Source of the DNA: Ylistrum balloti | Lineage: Eukaryota | DNA length: 64,000 nucleotides | NCBI RefSeq assembly: GCF_031769215.1 | Contig: NW_026782016.1 | Coordinates: 992,001 to 1,056,000, forward strand | Direction of reading: 5' to 3' | Shown here: positions 39,253 to 50,163 of the stretch, in pieces | How positions within the stretch are numbered: position 1 is the stretch's first letter | Layout of the letters: each line of letters opens with the position of its first letter | Translations under genes and position numbers: made by a program | The notes under the pieces: generated by a model | Seen by the model: the letters and a program-made list of their open reading frames with translations, nothing else | Databases searched by the model: none | What the model was told of the DNA's origin: nothing

Positions 39253-42159
39253 ATGCCTGACCATCCTTTGGTAGTTGCTTTGGACTTCGGAACCACTAAC
39301 TCCGGTTACGCTTTCTCCACTAAGCATGACTACAGCATTTCTCCCTTGAGCATGTCTGCAGTATCCTGGGGAGCCGGTACCGCCAGACTTCAGTCTCAAA
39401 AAACCCCAACGTGTATTTTATTTGACAAGAACAAGACGTTTGATTCTTTTGGTTACAAAGCAGAAGACAAATACTCCGATTTATCACTGGACGAGGAACA
39501 TGACGACTGGTACTTCTTTCGGAGGTTCAAAATGGAGCTTTACAATAGAGGAGTAAGTGTTTGTATTCTAGTTAACATACTTGTGCAATCCAAATACAAT
39601 TGAAATACTCTCAAATATTTCATATGAGAATTGTTACTTTGAAGTTAAAAATATATTTTTATAAAGAATGCAGACTGTTTGAAATGTTTTACTTAGACAA
39701 GACCTATACAAATATATTATATGTAACAATAAGTTCTATGAAAGTTTGAATCTAAAATAAAGACTTTTTTGAGACGTAAACAAAAGTAAAAGAATTATTG
39801 TTCCAAAAGTCTCGTTATGAAGGTGATAAAACGTAACAACAATGTCTTTCACAACAGAACATTGATGGTGGGTTCGAACTGAAAACTCAAGATGGAAAGA
39901 AATCGATGAAGGCAATTGATGTATTTGCTGCTAGCATCAAATACTTAAAAGATCATTGCCTCGAAACTGCCAAAAAGCAGGGCGTTAGCTTCTTGGACGA
40001 AGAGATCCTGTGGATCCTTACAGTTCCTGCCATATGGACAGAGCCTGGAAAGCAGTTCATGAAAAAAGCAGCTGAAAAGGTAAAAATCACATAAACCAAA
40101 TCACAAATCATGTGCTATACTTCTGCAAAGGAAAATCTTTCTTATTCTAACTTACTCCACTAAATTTACGGAAAAACGGTTCATAATATTTCCAACATGA
40201 TATCTTGATACCTATTTGTTTGATCATCAGGCAGGTCTTCCTTCCAAACACCTCCGACTTGTGCTGGAACCAGAAGCTGCCGCTATATTTTGTACCAACT
40301 TACCAATCGACAGGATGTCTGTGGAAGGGTCAGGAAGTAAGCTGACAGTTTTCCAAAAAGGAACCAAATTCTTGGTCCTGGATGCTGGAGGTGAGCGTTG
40401 TAATTTCAGGTCATCGTATCTCTCATGACTTGGGTATACTTAATAATTATTTATTTTATTGCAGTGAAATTAAAAGCTGGTTGAAAAGTGAAAAAAAAGA
40501 TATTATCACAGTGCAAAAACAGCGTTTTTTGTTCACTTATATTTTACCAATTAGATCACAGTTTATACTAGAAGATATTAATCTCTCTCTCAGAGTAATG
40601 TGGTTCCATAATAAAGAAAAATACACTAATAGAGATTGTGAAAAGTAGACTCCTGTAATGCTGTAGCTCACTGATCCTGTGACTTATATCAGTTTCCATA
40701 AGATATGAAATATATCCTATATCCCATCTATGATTCTGAAATATAATGAACAGTCCCTCTGCCGTAAATTAGAAATGGATCTTTCTGGTAAATAATTCAA
40801 TTGTATAGAACAGTTAATGTACAGTACATAACTGTCAAGTATGGTTACATATCTGCTTACTTTGACTTCCTGATCTAGGTTGGTGATATATATATATATA
40901 TAAATATCTAAGTAACCCCCTACTTGCTTTGTCTTTCTTATCCAGGTTAGTGATCTATCTATGTAACACCCTGCTTACATTGACTTCCTCATCTAGGGTG
41001 ATGATATATATACATGGTGGAAGTGTATTTATGAGAGTCCGTGACACTTTGTTGGGGGATCTTTTAATTTGGTGCATATTTTCTTCTTGAAGGAGGTACA
41101 ATAGATCTTACAGTTCTTGAGGTACAGAAAGACGGAGACCTTAGGGAAGTTCATAGAGCAAACGGTGGTGACTGGGGAGGAACTGTCGTTGACAGAGAAT
41201 TCGAAGAACTTTTGAAAGATATCGTTGGTAAGGACCTCTTTCAAAAGTTTAAAGAAGAAAATATATCAGACGTGATGAACCTTTACAGAAACTTCGAATT
41301 GAAAAAACGAAGTATCAAACAGAATGAAGAAGGACTCGTCACCTTCACCATCCCACCGATTCTACAGAGACTATTCCAAAAAAAGAACAAAGGTGGCGAT
41401 ACGAATGCTTTGATCGCGTCCAACAAAAAATATGCTGATGTAATCTGGCAGACTGACAAACTTCGGATACCTAACACACTTGCTAAATCGTTGTTTGCTA
41501 AATCCATCGATGCTATTATCTCTCATGTGAAAGACCTTTTCAGCAAACCGGAAGTTAAAGGAACATCGATCATTCTGATGGTCGGTGGCTACTCGGAGTG
41601 TATTCTTCTGCAGGATGCCGTCAAATCAGCCATCAAAGGTCCGAAGGTTATTGTTCCATTAGATGCCGGTTTGTCAATTTTGAAGGGTGCCGTGATCAAT
41701 GGACATGCACCTCGCATCATAACAACCCGGATTTGCAGATTCACATACGGTGTCGCCTGTAACAGGAAGTTCAGAGAGGGTAAAGATAAAGAAGAATACA
41801 GGGTGCGAGGAGCAAGGGGAGATAGCAGATGTGTTAATGGGTTCAAGATCTATGCTCAAAAAGGCACTCCCGTGGAACTTGGATCGTCTGTTCAGAAGTT
41901 CACTTTCCATGTCAGCAGTCCAACGGAGACTGGCATAGATCTCCCCGTCTACGCGTCTGACGACCTCAATCCCGATTACGTCACGAACGAAACGTGCCAA
42001 AGGATAGGCATGCTCCGAATCGAAATGCCGGATACTTCTAGAGGATTATGCCGGGAGGCGGAGGTAAAAATGATTTTTGGAGGAACAGAGATCGAGGTTG
42101 AAGCAGTAGATCTGGAAACAAAAAAGGAAACGAAAGCATCCTTTAGTTGTGTTGCCTAG
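39253..42159 (+). CDS. HSPA12: HSPA12-family protein, copy 5 (opposite strand, most divergent), 4 coding exons, about 582 aa
   Basis: Exons 39253-39552, 39858-40079, 40231-40390 and 41093-42159. GT-AG introns, 1749 nt in frame. The ATG lies 2 nt after an acceptor (ttttttctag|ccATG). Motifs: ALDFGTTNSG, WILTVPAIW, LEPEAAA, DAGGGTIDL, MVGGYSE. Confidence 0.95.
40843..41012. repeat. Degenerate tandem repeat of about 55-60 bp x3 in the last intron of HSPA12 copy 5
   Basis: CTGCTTAC(T/A)TTGACTTCCT(G/C)ATCTAGG motif seen twice, with a more diverged middle copy. Confidence 0.6.
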
Positions 42160-42259
42160 AAGAGATTTTGATTCTGAAATTATCATTTCCAGTGATATAT
42201 TTAATAACGCAATAATATCAAGTAAAAAAGATGTACTTATTAATATGACTGAATTGAAA

Positions 42260-42885
42260 AAGATAACTTTTTCTCTTACCCCGAACAGGGATATCCACAG
42301 TTTTTACCGGTGTGAGATTTTTCTCTCTCACCCCAGGGTTGAGACAAGCTACACGCGCTCCTTGCGCGTTCTCAACAATAATGTGACGTCGCTATCTTGA
42401 CCCGGAAGTGGAACTTGACGTGTAAATGACGTCATTGTAAAATAACGATTTAATAATTTGTGTTGACTTTGTGTATATATTGAAGTCATCTCATCTATAC
42501 TTTCGCATTCAAATTAATTTTATCATTATTATTATGCCTTTTTATGTTTTACTGTACCGTTAATGGGAATTATATTTTGTGCTGGATATCATAATTAAGC
42601 GTGACGCAGTTGAGAGGGCCTCGTCACTATATTCATATGTTTTCTTCGAGTTTTTGTTTACAAACATTCTATTTCGTATTTTTCAATCAGCGGCGGAACA
42701 GGGAAGAGAAAAATAATAATTCACCCCCTTTGGGATGAGACAGGGAGATCTCAACCCTAGGGGGTTGGGGGGAGAGGTTATTAAGTTGTCAAACACTCGG
42801 TAAGCCTCGTGTTTGACAACTTAATAATCCCCACTCGGGTTAAGATCCCCCTGTCTTACCCCAAAGGGGGTGAAAGATTCTATTA
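42260..42885. mobile_element. Putative non-autonomous palindromic DNA element (MITE- or Crypton-like) ending in a nested hairpin
   Basis: Inverted arms of about 40 bp at 42720-42760 and 42837-42874 enclose a perfect 19-bp stem (42778-42796 / 42809-42827). Partial inverted matches also extend to 42270-42345. The family assignment is inferred. Confidence 0.55.
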
Positions 42886-45800
42886 GTCAACTTTGTCAGC
42901 TTACAACTCAGCAGATGACACCAAATAATACCATACCTTATTGAAGCCATTTAACAACTGATATATTCGATCATCCATAACAACCTAATGACGGCACACC
43001 GTTATAACTTCAGTAAATCATAACATTGAAATGTCACGAGTATAATAGTGTTGTGTACTATTAAATCATAACTGTTTTAATTGGTCCGTGTTTGTGGCAG
43101 ACGAAATGTTTAAGTTGACAAATATTGCGTGGAATAAATATACAATATGATTTTGTTTTTTGACTCCATGCCTGTTGAGATAGTAGAGGTGGAGCTTAGG
43201 AGGGTTCAAAAATGTATTACCACTTTTTCCGAGCATATATGCTGTACCTTACCACTGGTCATTTCTATTATATTTGATTGAAAATTTTGAAATTGAAGTC
43301 ATTATGTTAACCTGACTGGAACAGACATCCCAAGATCATGTGCCAGTTACAGATTGAATCCCTTGTGATGGTAGCCAGTGTGCCTAAGGTTGATAATAGG
43401 AAGTTTATAGCTAAGTTCAACGTTATGTGTCAAGAGGATAGACCAGTCATAAATTCGTTCTTAAGATCTTATATTTATTTGGAACAAAACATATAAGTTT
43501 TCAGTGAATCATTCAGGTTTAAGAATTTTTGATAATCCTCTATTTTCACCCTCCAAATATTAGCGATAAGTCCCCACAGAATTTTATGTTTTGAGTAGGT
43601 ACTTAGAATGGCCCCTAAATTGTCATCCCTCCTTTAGGAATCAACTTTATCAGATACATTAATGATACGAGTGTTTGTCCCTACCATCAAAGTCATCTTC
43701 ATTTACATTCCATGTTAGATTTAATTCTACGAATTGTATCTCGGTTGGATCTGTTTACCTTGAACACATTAGAGGACTGTTTAAAAGCCAACGTCGCATA
43801 CCAGGTATATTGAAATCAAATAATTATTTCAGTTAACACCAGCATATTGAGCATCATCAGTTTGTGATGCATAACGGAAAGAAGTCTCTCCTTTCAACTA
43901 AAAAGACACAATGTATTTTCACCTAAAATGGCCACCACAGGTAACATCCAATGATAGTTATAGATATTCTTTGTTCATTTTTAACAATTACAAAATTTTG
44001 AAGAAGTCCACAGGAAAACAAATCACATATCGATTAACTATCTAAATTATAACATTTCTGGTGTCAATCTACATACGAGTCCCTAGTCCATGATCATATA
44101 CCTTTGATTGGTTTCATACAATTTTCTTAAATACTTAAATTTCGTGGACAATTTTTTTTAATATCAGTTGAAAAAAGAACTCGAGAAAATGAAGTGTACA
44201 CCGACAACTTGCATTTCACTCTTGTCGGTTTGGCGGATCTATCATAAATGAATATATGTTGTTCTTCAGATGTACACTGTCTCCATCACAAGTGTCAAAT
44301 AATGATATAGAAATCATTCCTTGAGTAAGAACTGTCGTCCTTGATAAAGCTACTCCAATGTTCAGTTAAAGAATTCAAGATAAAATACGACACTGATCAA
44401 CTTATCTTTTACTATTTCAGTGATTTCTGTATATAATATATGCATTTCTCTCATATCATCTATATCGTTTTTAGACAGAATTGTGAACGTGTTCGTATTT
44501 TCAGAATATGTGTGCTACCTCTTCATCCCTATCGAAGAGAGAGAGAGAAAAGGTGTTGTTATGTGACCGACCAGAATACATTATAGATTAGCATTGGAAA
44601 TGGTTTACTAAAATGAGATGAATTGTGATGTACAGCAAGCCTGCACATATTCTTGTCACCTAGAGTTATGGCCCTTCGTTTATTTTTGTCAGCTTGACAG
44701 CCAATGGGCTCGTTACATAGAAATCAAGTCATATACTATTTCGCATTTTTTTTAATTACAACATAAAGATATATATAAAAAAAAATGATTTGTTCGCAAA
44801 TTGCTGAGGCGTTATATTTAGTGTGCCTGCTTTCCTTATATTTTTATTTATGTCTTATACACGTTAGATTCGCACCCCGAAAACGTAACAAAGACGGGCT
44901 GTGTTATCGCAAACTTCTCATCTAAATTCTGACCAGTCTATTGAACATCTCATCTGTTCCTCTTGGCAACATGTAGTTGCTATAGAAACCATCTATATAC
45001 CATTACCAGATAATGGGAAATCACCCGAAGTTAAGCGATACCAGTGTTAGATTTGAAATGTGAATGTAAGTCAGTTTTGTAGACCAATGCGTCATGTTTG
45101 ATGTTGGGAATACCACTATTGGTAAGTCATATTTTAGTACTTTTCAAAGACCTAAAAAAGCCATTTTTCTGGAAGTTCCAGTAAGACGTTATTGAAGACT
45201 GATTAGAAAATTATTTATTCATGAATATTCATAAATTACAACCAACTGATATCAAACAAACAGTTAAACAAACAATGAAATAATATTGCAGATAATATCC
45301 ATTTTTCAAACATCCTGTTGAAACTTCGTTCTGTTATTACTTAAGCAGAACACATTTAAGTGCTACATAAATACAGGAAATATTGCCAGTTGTGTTTCAA
45401 CATTTTTTTCTATCTGTGGTGATCTCGATAATTTTTTTTTAACTGGTGATACATCTCTATATTTTCATCGTCTTAATGTAGTCACACATTTTGTTTTTAT
45501 AAGGTAAATTTATTAGAGATATTTTAGATTTCCTGGATGCGTTTGAAATAAGATATATACCATATGCAGTTTTACACAAACTGCACCTTTTTCACCTAGA
45601 TATTCATCTAGATTGTTTTAAACTATACAACACTATTGTCAATGTCCTGAATCGAAAAGAAAAGAATATGAATGGAAGTATAGGACTCGAATGTTGCTAT
45701 ATCTGATATTGTAGTCAATGAAATTTGGAACGGTATCTGATAGTGTATTCTAAGAAATATAAAACGAATGGACAGTTTGTTTTATAATGTAACTAATATC

Positions 45801-46689
45801 TTGTGTGATAAAAGTGTCCATATAAAGTGTTCTAATACGAAATGAAATGTATGACTACAGTAAACAAGGCTTAGCCAAACTCAGCTGAAGTAACATCAGA
45901 TACGAACGTTGCTATATACCTGATGAAATAAATATGAAATTTATACACTAACGACATCTCAAATGGGTTGATAAAGTTTCATTTCTTGTGCTTCCTGTTA
46001 TAGCTGTATTATTGCCGAGACGAAATCTTACGTTTTAACACATTTGGCCCGGTTTCCATACCGGATTTTATTTCAGGAACTTTGCATTGTAATAGTAATA
46101 TTTCTAGTTTTCATTCTTATGCTTAATATTGGAATTTTATTATAGTGGGAAAATTAGTGTGTTACCGTTCGTTAACAACTTTAAAACAACATCACAAAAC
46201 CGCATTTCTCAGGGTGTTGTTTATCGTCCTCGTGAATGTCGTGTATGCAAACTAAGTAATAACAAATAAATTTCACAAATGTATCTAATGTTTTGTTATT
46301 TATCACGAGTGTGCAGCACGAGTGTCATGTTTCATTAGTTAAAAATATTTCAATATACTTATTCCGTTTACCTTAACCAGAAAATTTAACTTTATTTTTA
46401 GGTTGTTTGTAAATATCATTTTCTTGTCATAATTATCCTATATTTCAAATATTTTCAATAACTCAAATAATATATATTTCTAGTAAATATAATAAGAAAA
46501 TGATCAATATTTTTGACAAGCGTAAAAGGTATCTACAAAGCCGCATAAATGGATATATATATAAAGCAATATTGTCACAATAATAGGGTCATTTCATATT
46601 AATTAATTACATTAAAGTAAACACATAAATGTTGCCATCCCACACATTACATGTCATTCCATGACTTATACATACCCACATATCTAGGA

Positions 46690-46990
46690 AGTAACATTGA
46701 CCCAACAATTCTGAAGCTCATACTTGTTCAAGGCACGTAATTGCTTTTAAATTGTTTCACTAAAACCTCTCACGGAGTGACATCGGTAAAGCGCTGACGT
46801 CGAATTTCTACTAAGGGTAAGTTACCTTGACCCAACAATCTTAATATTCGTTATTTTCAATGTATTTCATTGCTGAAAGCTATGTGCAGTTTGATTAAAA
46901 TCGCTCAAGGAATGAACCCGAAAAAGCACTGATAACGTTTAGTAATAGTGATCTTGACCCAACAACCCTGAAAGCTAATCTTGTTCAATT
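46690..46990. repeat. Degenerate tandem repeat of about 129 bp x3
   Basis: TTGACCCAACAA anchor at 46697, 46826 and 46954. Confidence 0.6.
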
Positions 46991-49647
46991 AGATTTAACC
47001 TTTTAAACATTTTATTAACATCCCTTTAGGAGTGAAGGTTTTAAAGAGCCTATGGTATGAAGCCGTGACTCTGCGACTCTGAAACTCCAAATTGACCAAG
47101 ACAGTATAGGTGTTTTTAACTGTGTGGGGTTTGAGTAAATTCTAAATATCGTATTTGTCGGATCATGCTTGAAACCTTGTTTCACACAGTATCATAGAAG
47201 CTGGAAATCAATTCAATGAATCAACACAGTTTGAAATCTTTCACATGGGCAAATGCATTAGGAAGGGGAAATATGATAACGTTAAGATTAGAAAGTTTTT
47301 GTTCTTACACTTGAAATCGGGTCTATGTACCTTTTCTTGGACGAAACCAAAAACAAGTGCGGTAGCAAAAGGGTAACTTTTGGAAAATAAAATAATTACA
47401 ACTCTTTGCGACGTAATTTTGTGAGGTCAATCAATAAAAAGTTATTTCAGAAAATTATTAATTATCAGAATATTACTATATGTAAAACGGCGGTGGCAAA
47501 ACTAAGATGATAATGGCCCTGGTTAAATTGCGTACAAACTATCATTGATTGTACTTTGTGCATTTGTATTGTGATCAGATCTTTGTAAAGTCTTAATCAA
47601 TCAACATCTTTAATTAGATGGTTTCAAATAGTGTCAGTCTTTAAATGCTTCTTGCAATGATGTATGATGGATGAATGAATGCTCCGACTATCGCTTATAA
47701 CAATAATAGATTAGATTTAATATTTTGTAATCTGATGATTACGACTGGGTTATCCCGCATTCTGCTTAAGTACTCTTTTAAGCATTGAACTGCTTTCAAT
47801 TGGCATTCATGGGCTTATGAATGCCAACTGGACAAAGGCAAATTTTAATGAAGCGCACTAGCTCTTCATCTTAAATTATCCCCTGTCCAGTTGGCATTCA
47901 AGGCCTATGAAACATCAGAAAAACTGGTCAAGGATGTGAAAAAAAAAATGATATATTTTCTTATAAACGTCAGGACGTCTTTTCTTTATAGCAAAATCTT
48001 TCCATGTTATATATCTAAAATGCCGGAAAATGATTTGTTGGTGAATGAAAACTGTAGAATATATAATCATTCTTTTAGCATATTACCTTGCAAAACCAAA
48101 ATCGTTTGTTTTTAAACTTGTAAGCAATAATTCATTTTCAGAATATGGCATCACAAGAATTTGCCCCAGAGGGTACAGGCGCCAAAATTTCCCGAACACC
48201 TAGTCTAGATCTTACTCTTTGTTTCCTGGTGTAACTGTACCCGGTATAAGTATCTTTACTAAGAGTCTGATTTACATTTATTGTACCTTGATGGTATTCT
48301 GCATAAATGACGTCTGTTTTCTCATAATAATAAACAACAGTTAATCAAAACATTAATCATTTATGTTTAAAAGCAAACACGAAATATAATGCAAGACACT
48401 CTCAGGATTTTCCTTTGTAAAGATCGATGCATATTAAACACCGCAAGCTGTAACCCATACACTCCTTAACATGTCAATTTCAAGATGGAAACGTGATATC
48501 CACTTCATAAATTATGGACAGAGTGTAAAAACCAATTCAGAGATAAAAGGCTTGAATCCTAGCAATTATATTGAACAATACAGTTATGTTTACAACCACA
48601 AATTCCTGACAAATTTAAGTATGGCCGGATGTTTGAATTTGCTATCTTTGAACGAAAACAGTTTTTAATCACACATGATCAAGCAAGTGCCTCCTTCATT
48701 CAAAGTGTCTACGGCCTACCAGTTAACGAAATTGTATGTTGCATGTATATGTTTTAAACGTGATGATAACACGTGTAAGGTGACCAGGATGTAAATAACG
48801 TTTTTTCTAGTAATTGATATACCGCATAGTCAATACAAACTATAGTTCCATTACGTAAAATCAAGTTTGGTCCGCATAGTAAAATAAAATAATCACATAA
48901 CAGCGATTATTTCATGCATCAGATATTAAATTGTGATATTAGATAATACCTTTTCAACGGCAAATACCACTTTATATTTACTGATTGTCAAGTTTGTGTT
49001 TGACCTTTTTCGCAACGATTTTATAATTGATCGCATAGTCCAGAGGTGTTCAGGTGAGTTTCAGGCTACAACCATGCAAGAAACAGTATATTGTACAACG
49101 ATTAGACATGTGCGCGTATAACGTCCAGCACCCGTTCAATACGTCAAGGCTCAAATATCGTTAAGCTATATTTAGTGGTAAATATCCATACACCACACAA
49201 AAGGGTACTTTGCATGCATTTCGAATAAAAAGCAAGAACAGAACTTCCGCTAATGAGACAAAGCTATTGGAGACGAGAGAACTGTTTGGAAGATGAATAT
49301 CAGTATATATAAAAACATCAAGAAAATAAATACAAACGTGACACATTTATTATCAACAGGATACGGATTTATGAATAGACTAAGAGGGAAAAGAAACGCA
49401 ACTTTAATGAAATAATATTTATGAGCAGTATGCCTATATATCGAATATTGGACCGTCCGTCTTCAGTTTATCTGAGATTTTAAACAAAGGAGAACTTCAT
49501 TAGGATACCCTACTGTATATAGAAATAAAGGCAGTTGTCAGACCGATCCCTAATATCATGTGTGCTCTGCCCTAACAGCGACAGTCTCTCTGCGTGATAC
49601 GAAGTTTATATGGACATTGGCTGTCTGTAGAGGAATGTTTTTTTTTC

Positions 49648-49810
49648 ATTTACTGATGTCGCTTACTAAAGATGTTACTGGAGAGGAGTGTAACCAGTAT
49701 TTTACTGATGTCGCTTATTACAGATGTTACTGATGGTGATTGTAATAAGCACTTTACTGATGTCGCTCGCTACTGATTTTACTGGGGAGAGTAATAAGTA
49801 ATTACTGAGG
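49648..49810. repeat. 52-bp minisatellite x3 (TTTACTGATGTCGCT core)
   Basis: TACTGATG anchor at 49651, 49703 and 49755. Confidence 0.8.
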
Positions 49811-50163
49811 TATTTGGGGAGGGGGACGGGAGGAGAATGTTCAGCCCATTGCTAATGTACTTGAGGCCAAGATAATAAATACGTACTGAAATGAGGGAGA
49901 GAGTGATCAACTCATTACTGGTGTGTCTATTTGTATATATTCCTTAGGGTGAGAGTACATTTGTCATTTATGACGTACCTGAAAGTGAGAGCAATCATCT
50001 TCTTATTAATTAAATCAAAGAAAAAGTTTACCAGTACATCACTTATGTCACTTAAGGCAAAATTAATGACTTTGTAATTGACAAAAAAATTACAAAAGAA
50101 AAAGGATGAATTGGGAACATCATCCCAACACTGATGCTAAATTGAAGATGAATCTATTTTGTG

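Noticed and set aside
3520-42000. Antisense ORFs overlapping the HSPA12 terminal exons (e.g. 3520-3885, 12218-12490, 41674-42000)
   Set aside because: Expected shadow ORFs of coding sequence, not conserved in position or sequence between paralogues.
42145-42159. C-terminal FSCVA of HSPA12 copy 5 as a CaaX prenylation signal
   Set aside because: The Cys is third from the end (S-C-V-A), not fourth.
43000-44450. Possible degraded retroelement or polymerase coding sequence
   Set aside because: I could not recover any RT, integrase or polymerase motif in any frame by eye.
46304-46324. CACGAGTG-TGCAG-CACGAGTG motif as the centre of a palindromic element
   Set aside because: The flanking arms do not pair convincingly, so element boundaries cannot be defined.
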